Assembly: GCA_964057225.1 (NCBI GenBank)
Contig: OZ059897.1
Location: 8,122,001 to 8,186,000 of the forward strand
Reading direction: 5' to 3'
Length of the DNA: 64,000 nt
Source of the DNA: Auanema rhodensis
Lineage: Eukaryota > Animalia > Nematoda
Part shown: positions 46,078 to 58,069 of the stretch, one piece after another
How positions within the stretch are numbered: the stretch's first letter is position 1
Layout: every line of letters starts with the position of its first letter
Program-made: the position numbers and the translations under genes
The notes under the pieces: generated by a model
Database searches by the model: none
Told to the model about the DNA's origin: nothing
What the model saw: the letters and a program-made list of their open reading frames with translations, nothing else

Positions 46078-47944
46078 ATGGCAAGAAAGATATTAGCTGT
46101 TGCCCTTATCGGCCTCGTCGCCCTTTCAGCTGTTTACGCTGAAGAGATCAAGGAAAAGGTAATATTTCACTTTCTTATTTCTTATTTTGCACATTCGTAT
46201 TCTTTCAAACTTTTCTGAATATTCTCACCAATTTCTTACATTTTTTTCTGATTTTCTGAGCTTTTGCACCTATTATTAAACTTCAATCATTCAAGTCTAC
46301 CAAATTTTTCAAGTTTTCTTGTAATATTCTGTAAATTTGAGTCGAAATACTGAAGCAGATTCTACGAACACAACAAGCAAGCAACACTTCTTATGTTCAT
46401 GAGTGCAATTGTATGGGTTATGTTTATCTAGAAGCTGAACGTTGACATCGACTGTTCTATGTTCTAACCGGCTCTCTTGCTGACCTTTACATTTCTCCGA
46501 TCAACTTTCTTTCATGACGACATGAATTCTGTAGAATGTGTTCGATCTTCGAAATATTCTTTCTTTCCCATTATACTTCTTGATCTTTGACACTTTATGA
46601 GAAAACAAAATCTTTTTACAAACAATACAAACAAAAACTTTTATTTGGTCATCTGCTTACAACTACGTCTTCAATTTCAGAATGAGACTGCTCCTGCTGT
46701 TGTCCGTTCTAAGCGTCAATGTTGCAACCAGGCTACATCTAGCTGCTGTCCTCAACAACAGCAACAAGTTCAATGTGTCCCAGTTTGTGTCCAGCAGTGC
46801 CAGAACTCATGTCAATCCCAATCTTGTCAGCAGACTTGCATGCCAAGCTGCCAACAACAGTGCGGTGTTGTAGTTCAATCTGTAAGTTCATACAGTGAGC
46901 TATGCGTTTACTCATCTGTACTCTCTTTCAGAACCCATGCCAGCAGTGCCAGCAAACCTGTCAACAAACTTGTCAGACTCCAGTCTGCCAACAGACTTGC
47001 CAGAACCAATGCGCTCCAGCTTGCAACCCAGCCCCACCTCCACAGGTCATCGTCCTCCCACCACAGGACCCATGCAACTCCTGCCAACAGACCTGCCAAC
47101 AGTCTTGCGCCCCAAGCAACAACTGCAACTGCCAAGCTGCCTGTGCTCCAGCCTGCCCACAACAACAACAACAACAGGTAAAGCTACCAAATAGAGACAC
47201 CGGACATTCAACTTAATGTTTCAGATTATCATTCTCCAATCTCAATCCAACAACTGCCAAAACTCCTGCAATAACCAATGTCAATCTTCCTGCAGCACCC
47301 CAGTCTGCCAGTCTTCCTGCGTTTCTAGCTGCCAACAGGTAAACTATCTCTTATACGCATCATATTCTTAAATTCTGAATTTCAGGCTTGCGCTCCAGCT
47401 CCACCTCCACAGTGCGCCCCAGCTTGCATGCCATCCTGCAACCAGCAATGCATTCAACAACAACAGCAACCAGTTGTCATCCTTGTCCAACAGAACGACC
47501 AATGCCAGAGCTCATGCTCCAACCAATGTCAATCTGCCTGCTCTACTCCAGTCTGCACTCAATCCTGTACCAACCAATGCCAAGCCTCCTGTGCTCCATG
47601 CACTTCATCTGGATGCCAGTCGCAACAACCCCAACAGATCATTCTCCTCCAACAACAACAGAATAACTGTCAGAATACCTGCCAAGACACTTGCATGAAC
47701 AACTGCCAATCCACCCCAACCATCCAGTGCGCTCCACTCTGCCAACAGACCTGTCAGCAGACCTGCCAACAAGCCGCCCAGATTGTTGTGAGTTTTCGTT
47801 TCCCTATTCTATTTGCAATCGCTTCAAACCATCCATACTTATAACATATATCTTCAGGTACCATGCCAAAGCTCTTCCAGCGGATCCTGCGGATGTAACA
47901 CCGGATACGTCCAATGCGGAGGATCCTGCTGCCGTCGCCGTTAA
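46078..47944 (+). CDS. ABU/PQN-family secreted Cys/Gln-rich (prion-like, cuticle/pharyngeal cuticle) protein; 6 exons
   Basis: Exons 46078-46158 (signal peptide MARKILAVALIGLVALSAVYA), 46681-46881 (furin site RSKR|QCC), 46932-47177, 47225-47338, 47386-47787 and 47858-47944. CQQTCQQ/CxxxC repeats; C-terminus VPCQSSSSGSCGCNTGYVQCGGSCCRRR*. Confidence 0.9.
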
Positions 47945-50304
47945 GCGGCTTAACATCTGAGCGAACATACAACCGCCAGCAATGTCATAGCGATATCGTA
48001 GTTCGTTCCGCTTTTGCGCCATCCATGTCTGTACAAACAAGTGACCAGTTTAAGTAGTTGTCTACATTATCTATTGTGATCTATACTATGCTCATAATAA
48101 AATAAATTTTATTATAATTAATCTGTTTTGTCTTTCTGTTGATTTGACCAGTAGCATTGTCCAGCATGCCTGAAATAGATAAAGAGAAACACAAGCATAA
48201 GCTTGAATATCCATGAATATAAGTATGACAAGTGTCATATCTATAGATTCGTATTTCTAAAAAAAGTTTGTGTACGTCTTCATTTCGCTAAAAATAGATG
48301 ATAAACATATAGCGGAGTCTTTTTGCATCTTCTTCTTTTTCCATTTCAAAACATCCCATGTTGAACTAGATCAAAGCTTTCGCTGCAGCTTCAAGCTCAA
48401 AATCAAAAGCTCGTATACTTATATTGAAGAGCTTCAGTGGTTTACAGAATTTTCCAATTTTTCGGTCAAACAATAGTACCGTACAACAACAGCTATTTTA
48501 CTATTTTCAGTTCCTGTTGACTTTCTTGAATTTCTTCAGGTTTTAGACTTTATCTAAACAATCGGTTCAAGAATATTTATGGACATCTCGATTATTTTTG
48601 ACCAAAACGTACATGTACATGATGTTTTAGCTCGAAAACCACTCAAATTTCTCAATTGATTGTACATCCTTTTCTCCTTTTTTGACAATTTAATCAGCAA
48701 TATGGTCTACGATCTTTTTGTGCTTGCTATGTTCGTGTGCTTGTAACTCGAGCAAATGTATTGAAATAAAGACTTGAAGTCAACGAGCAGAGCATAGGTT
48801 GCTGGAAGACCAACGATAACGTCGGCGATAGTAACGATGTCCAACTCGATGACCAAGCCGGAGAATGCGAGTTGCATCCTTACTTCCAAAACGTCGACTT
48901 CATCATGTTTATAAACAGAAGACTATCGTATCTCCTATTACAAGGCTACATACCATGGTATTGGGTATTGTCTTATATGAGCAAAAGCATTCTCTTTTCA
49001 AGTTCTATTCATGAACAATTCTTCTAAATTTTCTGAACTTTTCGCTTTCACCTCGACAGCTGCAAAAAAGGAAAACAAGAATCATAGGTGTGGACGAAAA
49101 AAATGTATGGAACAAGAAGTATGATCGTGAGGAGGGGGTCAATGAGTAGAGGTGGTTACGCGGGGGGGGGGGACTCCAAAACCGAGTAGAGGCATGTTAT
49201 AACCTTTATAGCCCAGTTATTCCACATTGTCCAGTAACATTTTAATTCATTTTGACAATTTAAGATGTTCATGCTAAAGCTTTAAACTATACTGTCAATC
49301 AAGCGCTTGAACTGGACACAGGCAAAAACTTAAAAACGCCTTTAACGAACTTTTTTTTGTTTGATTGAACGTTCGAGAGATCAAAAAGAACGGAGTTTGA
49401 TAACTCTCTCACACCAGATTCAACAATCTTTGTTTTATATCGAAGCCAAATTTATATTTCTGTTTCTTAAAAAAAACGACAGGTCATGAGCTAATCTCTC
49501 TGGAGGTGCAGAGAAATTGCCCTTTGTGTATTCAATTCTCTGCTTGTTTGCCTACTCATCATACGACAATATGATCAGAGGATCAGAAGAATTCGACGAC
49601 GAAGAATAGAAGAAGAAGAAGAAGAAGAAGAAGAAGCTTCTTATCTTATAGTTGGGTTCGACAACACTTCAAAAGGGATGAACGACAAAGAAAGAGATGA
49701 TATGGAGTGACCATTGCAAACGAGAAAAGAATTTTCATCAAAATCTCCAGGGACACACAGACACATGTGTCTTACACAAACAACCGATACACATTCCAAC
49801 ATCATAATTATCTCAGAAACATGTGTCATCATGTAGTTTATGCTTTATTAAGTATTATAAACTTGAAAATGTGCACTTGAAGCATATAAAAGAAAGAAAT
49901 TTCTGTAGACTTTTATGATAATAAATTTATTTTTTAAGAATTTTCAGAACAATAATAATAATAATAAAAGATTATTATATATAGTTATCTTAACAAAGTT
50001 TTTAATTATATAAATTACAATTATTATTAGATGAAATGATGAATATCTGAGAAGGAAAGAGTTATGGATCATATAAGCATATGTGTTTATGTGTGTATAC
50101 ATCAAATTCAAATTATCATGATTATATGTTGATATCTAGATTATATTATAATGAAAATTAATAAAAGCCTATGTAGGTATATCAATGAGATTATTGGTCT
50201 TATTTAGGAAATTATTTCTTTCAAGCCTTAGATAGAGAGAGAGAGAGAGATAGTATGTAAATTGGTTAAAAAAAGTTGTGATGGGAAGTCAAAAATCTGA
50301 TTAT

Positions 50305-52136
50305 TTAAGCTATTCCCGTTCCTTTTGTTTTGAGAGATTTGAGATGAACATGTTGTCGATTCATACTATGATGAAAATATCTATAAAATAATATAATAAT
50401 TCATATAGTTAAGCTTTAACTATTCAACGAACCTTCCCGTTTTGAGTTTTGTTAATGTGCCACGTGGACGGTATCTGCTTATACCTTTATGAAACTTCAA
50501 ATCTGTGCTTCCTCCTGCGACATGGTAAATTTTTGAGCGAGAAAGATGAGGTAAAGAGATTTTCTAAAAATATTTTAATTATTCTAATTATACATATAAT
50601 TAATTAAAAATGAATAATGCAACTGCTTATCATATGTTATGAGTTCAAAATGAATTTCAAAATGAACAAACAGGTACGTGACTTTCACGTAAAATTCAAA
50701 TTAACTTTTTTAAATGAAAGATTGAATTGTTTTTTATTTATTTTTAAATGTATGTTTTAAATTTTATTAAATTAATTAAATGATTACATGTGTTTGAACT
50801 ACGGAATCCATACTGTACGAGATAGGTTGTGAAGTTCTTGCAAACGATAATCGCTTCACTGGACGTGGAGGAACAGCTGAAAAATATTTGTTTAACACTA
50901 AACATGGAAAGAAAAATATAAAATTAAGAATATACTTATATTCAGTTAATTTATTATAAAATATTTTTGAAGAATGCCTACCGATGGTATGAACTATCCG
51001 TCTATCTCTCCATCTAGTTGCCTCAGCAGGATGCCAATCCACATTTACATGACCAGGCTATAACGATGAAGCTTTGTTCAGGATTACAAAACAATAGAAA
51101 AGAAGAAAAATAAAAGATTTTTCTTCATAAAAGCAATTAATTCATGATATACCCTTGTTGGAATGGCGTAATATTTCAATTGTCTAGCTTTTGGTGCTGG
51201 CATAACATCTGAAGTTTTAGCTAATGTGTTAGCAAAAACTTGATTAGTTGTCAGAACTGCAAAATATTTTTCTTCGTTGAAAATTTGAGATAAACTTACT
51301 TTTGCATTTGATACAGAATCTTTGTGTTGTATCAACGTCCGGATTATCGTCCACTAAACGATTAGCTTGATAGTCCTCACAATGAAGACCAGAATTTGAT
51401 GATGAATTGGCTGTGAACTGGCATTGCCGACTATTCCAATGAAAATATGCTACCTAAATCCTGATTTGTGTATCAAATTTTTAATTTTTGCATCATCAAT
51501 TTGATTAAATTATAACATCGAAGAAGCTTACATCACATTTTTGTTGAAAACATTGAATGGCACATTGAGATGGACTACTAGCTGAGACTTTTGTCGTTAG
51601 AAATATACCCAAACCTTCAGATAGATCATTTCCATTCAGAACATCTACACGTGTTTTACATTCTATAATTCATAAAATCAAATTTTCGAACATTTTTTTT
51701 GAAATTCGTTTAACATGCAGATTTGCAGAATTTTTTTTTTGGCTTAATGTATATACTGAGTATATAGTTTAGTTGAAAGAGCAGATGATGATTCAGGATT
51801 TTCTTTATAAATTCAATAAAGTAAATGGATTTTCTTTATAATATTTGTACTTATAAATAAAAAGTATGAATATCTTTATAAATATATTATAGAATTCAAA
51901 GAAAAAAAACGTCAGAATTATGATTCATCATGAATATCTGCGTTTGTGGACAGAGTACTCAAAACGTTCTTGAATTTTCAAAAAAAAAATTATATAGTTC
52001 TGAATACAAAAAGTTTTTAAACAAGTTGTTTATTCATGCTTTATGATTGAAAATTGTTTAGGAAATTACCTATTTTACTGAATGAATGAACTCGATAAAT
52101 CATTAACATTCCACATAATAGTAACCTTGTAATCAT
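50305..52136 (-). CDS. Uncharacterised secreted protein (~270 aa) with N-terminal PAN/apple-like Cys domain and basic C-terminal tail; 8 exons
   Basis: tttag|ATG at 52136: MITRLLLCGMLMIYRVHSFSKI|ECKTRVDVLNG...SASSPSQCAIQCFQQKCD|VAYFHWNSRQCQFT...HCEDY...RFCIKCK|...|YFHHSMNRQHVHLKSLKTKGTGIA*. All junctions are GT-AG and phase-consistent. Confidence 0.75.
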
Positions 52137-53750
52137 CTAAATTATAAAAATATATTTTATATTAAAGAATAAACTATAAAGAATACGATACTAACGAATC
52201 AATAGTATGTTTAAAAATTCAAAGAAGCATCTTTAATGATCAAAAAATCAAAAAAAGAAATGTACTTAATCAAAGACCAGCAAGCTAACGAGAACAGCAA
52301 TGAAACTCATCAATGCGATATCGTAGCTAGCTTAGTGCACGCTAACTGACGACCAATTCGAATCAGATGGATGACGACGATATGAAGGAATTACCTTATG
52401 TTGAAGAGGAGGAGTCTCAGAAACTTACAACACCATTGGATATCGTGAGGAGTGTAGGGAGGGGGGGGGGGGGAGTGATGGTAGCAGAAGTAGTCAAAGT
52501 AGTTGGTACTCTCTGTTGTCTGGTCTTTATAGATATGTATGTTTCACTTACATACATAACTTCATAACAAAGTTATCTTCTGAACGATTTCAAACGTTCA
52601 TAGATAATCATAATGTGTTCAGGTTGTTGGTTAAAGTTTTAAGAGGTGGCAGCTATGTGACGGGGTGCACAACGGCTATTTCGGTGTGATGAAACAGGCC
52701 TGAAGCAGTTCTCCCGGTTCCGGATGAATGCTTACAGTTACAATTAGGTTGGGCAAGCTATTTGCTGTCCATTACAATCATAACTAGTAAAAACTTCAGA
52801 AAATGTTTAAATTTTTTTGATGATCGAATAGAAATTCTTGATATAGTTTCGAGAGAAAGTGAAAATGAACTGATTTTCTATCTGTTGCTTATAATAGAAT
52901 ACGAATGAGGAAGTCTAAAATGATTTTAAACTGAAACAGGCGATAAGAGAAAACAAAAGAATCCCAGAAAAAGTTGAAACTAAAACTTCTTTTTTTCAGC
53001 TTCAAAAAGCATGATTGAGATAGAATGTTCGTTGCTCCTTGTATGAATGATATGTTTTCTCTTTCATTTTTTTTTCTGTAATTTTGTGGTAAATTAATGA
53101 AATCAAATGTTTTGGATTTGATTGATGAAAGTGTGAATTACTTTTTTTCGGCTTAAAGTAGGTTAGGCAGAGATGTAAAAAGAGAGGATTCTCTTATGAA
53201 AATCAGAAATGCAAAAGTGAATGTTTAAAAGTGTCAAGGTGATAGAACGGAAACTCATTGAAATCTTGGCTTATCCTCAATTGCCCTAATAAGCAGGAGA
53301 GAAGAGAATGGAAAAGAAGAGTGTTTTCTGTAAGTGAAGCCTTACTATCGAATAGATTGATGAAAATATGAAGATGATAACTATATGATATAGTTAGAGA
53401 ATTGTATATGAATTATTCTTAAAAGTTATGAGATATTGAGATGAAGATGACAGTTGTATTAACAGATATGATGAGGGAATGAAACTAGATTTGAAGTATT
53501 ACAGGTTGTTAGCAAGATCATTATAACAAACGGCACATTTTGATTGGAAAAAAGAAAAATTGCTTGAGATGTATGCTGCCCCTAAGCTACATATTCAGAA
53601 TGAATAATCTGAGTTTTCTATTGTCGTATCAACAACGTTGGGTGGTAGTCACAGGAGTATGACTGTTGACCCAACAAGATGAGGCAGCAGTTTTCGTTAA
53701 AAACCGTAAGAATGAGAAAAAGAGGGAAAGAATGAAAAAATAATAATAAG

Positions 53751-53788
<38 letters not shown>

Positions 53789-56291
53789 AGGATGTGAAAG
53801 AATATGTCCACCATGATGTTCCATGAATATAATACTTACTGTACTATGCTTTCATGTCTGTGATATTGAGCTGATGATCATTCGTTCATTCGTTTTTACT
53901 ATTTAGGCTTATGATAGTAGTGTGGTCATGTGCAACGTGTGTGACCAGCTTGGAAAAACTTAGTTCAACCTAATGAAGCGAAATAATCAAAAGTGAAACT
54001 TAGAATACTGAAAAAGCTTTTAATGAACAATGAAAGAAGAATAGTAAATGAAACGGTCAACCATCACATCGTTCCAGTAAATGTGATTTTACTTCATCTG
54101 AGTGTTCTTTGAGAAGCTCAGCACGCTCTTGGTTGTGAAGAAAAAATTCTATTGTAAGTTGTTACGCAGTGATTGGTTAAGAATCTGATATGTGAAACAA
54201 AATAATTAAAAATGTTAGAAGATTTTTTAATAAAAATAAGAATATTCAAAGAGAAACAGTCAGAACAGAGGAAGTTGGTGAACAAGGAAATCGAAATATA
54301 TACGATCTGATAAACAATGATTCTTGAAATTGAATTTTACATTAAGCATATGAGAGGTTTTTCGGGATATATCGAAGAAAAAAAAAGTTGTGTGATGAAA
54401 AAGTTCAGAAAAACATTCTGATGCCCTTTTTAGGGTTACATCTGTCGTGTTGACGGGTAGATTGCGAAAGGTGAAAAGGATGAAGGAGTTACAATAGAAG
54501 ACCACAAAGAAAACAGGATCAATCTGGCTAATCGGGACTGTGGAATCCCGTCTTGTGAAGCCGATCTAAACTGGCTAACTGGAATACCAGAATAGCCGGT
54601 AAGATTTATTAGAAAAGAAATTTGAAAAGAGTTTGAAGAATTAAAAATAAAAAGAAAAGACAATATGAAATAAGATTTTAGAAGAGAGAGATAAAGAGAG
54701 AGGCCGTTATAGAGAGAGGGGAGAGAGAAAGAGAGAAACAACCGATCATCACGTTTATGAATATGAAAATAAGAAATGACGCGCATAAATGACGTCAATA
54801 AATGCTCGAATAAGTTTAATTTGATAATTTTTAAGAAATAGTTTAACACGAATTCAAAATAAAAATAAAATAAAACATGAAATTCTTTACCTAATAGTAC
54901 TTTATAAATTCAAAATCACATTGACATTGTTTAAGTGTTTAAACATGAGTGGTTCGTAATAACCCAAGTTCAGGAAAATTGGTAAATTTTCGATGAAAAA
55001 GGGAAGAAAATGATTAAGACATTGACGATAAAAAAGACAAAATGTGTTCTTTTCTTCTCATAAGATTCCGAAGAGGAAAAGATGACGACGACAACGAAGA
55101 CATTTTTAGTAAAAATCCTCAAGTTATGATGTCAAGAGAATATACATCTTATACTGTATTTATGGTTTGTGTTGAGATTGGCGGCAATTCACGAACAAAA
55201 TTGTTGACAAAACTCATGAAAGGAAACAACAATTCACGATTTTTCATGGTAATAAAATAAATTTTCATTTCAAAATAAATAAAAGTATTGAATGTGGCTG
55301 AAAATGCGCTCAAAAAAATCGTTCACCTTCGTGAATTGGCTAGAACGATTTTGAATGTTACATTCTGAAAACGATATCCATTTCCTCCAATTTTTTTTCT
55401 TCTTTTTCTCCTTTTTTTTTCGCGCTGGTACTGGCGACAAAATGAGATTACAAGGTTAATACATGGAGGTTTGCAGAGAAAAACGACAAAGAAAACAAGT
55501 TTTCAGTTTCATTTGAACGAAAAAAAAGGGTTTTAGAGGATGAAGCTTGCACTTATAGATGAATATATCTTATATTGTAGTTTGTGTTCAGTAAATGTAC
55601 TGGTAGAAGGTCATAGATCTTACTCTCTCTGTGCCCCATAATCTATACAAAGAAATTTGCTTTTGGAAATCTTACAAACGTACGTATGTACATACATAAA
55701 CGTATATGATTGACCTTTTTTTTTATTTGAAAATCAATGTATTCAGATAAACAAATACAAAATATATAATAATAATAATAATATCTATATAGTTAAGAGT
55801 GTGAAATAAAGTTTTTTTCATCGAAATTTGAAAATAATAAATCAAAATTAATATAGTTAGAATAGAAAAATTAAATTGTTTTTCAAAAAATATATAGTAA
55901 AGATATTATAAAAATTGTCTATACAAGTATATTTGAAACTATTTTTAGATCGTACAAGTTGAAAATAAATGTAAAAACCCTTTCTTATCATAGTGTTTCT
56001 ATCGTATCCGCCATAGATGAATCAGTTTTCATAGAATAATCGACTTGAATTGTAAGAATATTCTTTCAGAAGCACAATGAACTCACGATAGTATATAAGC
56101 TGTTTCTTGAATTGGGATATCTATCATCAGATCCTCGATTACAACATTCATATAGTAGTTGTACTTATATAGTTAATACTAGTTATATGGTACAACTAGT
56201 GAATGTTATCGTTTAATTTTCATATTTTATCAAATTTTACCTTGATATTCATGAATTTCTCTTCATATCATTAATTATTTCTTTAAGGATT

Positions 56292-57220
56292 ATGAAGGTT
56301 CTTGCTATCATCCTTGTTATTAGCTCACTGTACTTTGGATATGTTACTGCCTGTAGTGCATATGGAATAGGAACAGGTAAATCATTTCTTCAAATTTCAA
56401 ATGAAATTGCTTAATGTTAGAAAAATATCGAAAAATTGATGTGAACGGATTCCATTTACCTCTTCAAATGGTTATTTCGGGAAGAAATGTTACAAACACT
56501 ATTGTCAATCAAGCTGCTGCTAATGCTGAACAAGCTAGACAGCGTATACAAACGGTGGCTGAAACTGTGGTCAGTTAAGCTGTTTCTTATTTGTATCTTC
56601 TTCTAATACTTTTCATAATGATAATGACAAAAACCGGAAATCAGATTTCAAAACCATGTTTTAGATCAAACGAGCTATTTCGGATATCATGCAGATGATT
56701 GGACTTGGAAGCTTGACCGGTGATGTTGAGAGACAAATTCTTATTGACAATGTCTAGTAAGGAAAATTTCAAATTATCAGGGAAATATAAAAATATTTCA
56801 GCTATGAGCCATTGACTTGCCAAGAATATAGAACTCGTTTCAACACCACACTATGTAAAACTTTGTTTTCAAACTTAAAACTCGAACATATCTCATTATA
56901 GTTACCTATGCTTCATCATACATCTGTGTTGTTGATGATGATAATATCATCAGAAATGTTTGTGAGAATATGACAAGTTGCAACTTGAACCAACTTACTC
57001 CAATTCCAAGAGATTACCGCCACTTGCAAATCTCTCTTAAGGTTTGATTAGGAAGACGATTCAACAATTGATGCTTATATTCACGTTGTAGGTCAGAAAT
57101 GCTATTGTTGGTTCATGGACATCAGATGACTGGAACAGATTCTCTCGCTCTTTCCAAACTGAAATGCTTCGAACTGAATTTGGAACAGCTTTCAGTCAAG
57201 CCAAGATTACAGTTTCCTAA
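56292..57220 (+). CDS. Secreted ~230-aa protein resembling a strongylid-expanded uncharacterised family (possibly SL4P-like); 6 exons
   Basis: MKVLAIILVISSLYFGYVTA|CSAYGIGT-EKYRKIDVNGFHLPLQMV...AEQARQRIQTVAETV|IKRAISDI...|YEPLTCQ...YICVVDDDNIIRNVC...PIPRDYRHLQISLK|VRNAIVGSWTSDDWNR...FGTAFSQAKITVS*. Clean GT-AG splicing; not present in the ORF track. Confidence 0.85.
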
Positions 57221-58069
57221 TTTAAAAATAATTACAAATTCAATTAATAATCGATAATGCTTTGTAATTTTCAAATTATGATAATGACCAATAAACTTTA
57301 AATTATTAAATTATATTTTTAAATTATATAATACAAATGCCTTACAACTTATGTATATCATATAATCAGCTAAACATTGATATGTCTATAAGTATTAGTA
57401 ATATAGATGTCGATAAGTCGATTTCATATCAAAGTTTTCTTTCTTTTTTCTAATTTTTGAACTTGATTAAACAATCTGATTGATATATTTCTAATAATCT
57501 TAAGAGTATTATAAGATAATTTAAACATAAATATTAAACTATTTTCTAATTTTTTATTAAAATTCTACATAAGAAATTGAAAAAAAAACTTTTGAATTCA
57601 ATAATTTTAGAAAAAAAAAGAAATCTAGAAAAAGGAAATGACATTTGAAATATATAATTCCTATACCTGATTATATGACAAGGAAGCACATTTTGAGAAA
57701 AAGAAGGCTATCATAATTCCCAGTTGATTATCATGAAATTCATAAATAAATCTTAAAATTTTGATAAAAAAATTGTATGTAAAATGTATTTTAACGGAAC
57801 AATGTCTTATCAAAAATATCTTTTGGTCCGGGCTCTACGGTGATGTGAATAGGAAGAAAGAGCAATTAAAATCTGAATGAAAGATAACATTTCAAATGAA
57901 AATTTGTCTTTTCTGTCCCCTCTGGGTTCCATGTATCAGACCTTTGTGATCCTTGATCTCATAATGTTTCTTTTTCAACTTTTTCAAGTTTTATGCTTTT
58001 GTATAATCAAGTTTTGACTAACTTTCAGCACAATTATATAGTATATAGTATAAGAACGAATGGACTAAT

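Noticed and set aside
46895-48040. Multiple overlapping ORFs on both strands
   Set aside because: Alternative frames of the Cys/Gln repeat exons of the ABU/PQN gene.
54950-54990. SL1-like sequence (ggttcgtaataacccaagttcagg)
   Set aside because: Only a partial match to the 22-nt leader, with no GT donor immediately after it and no recognisable SL RNA body.
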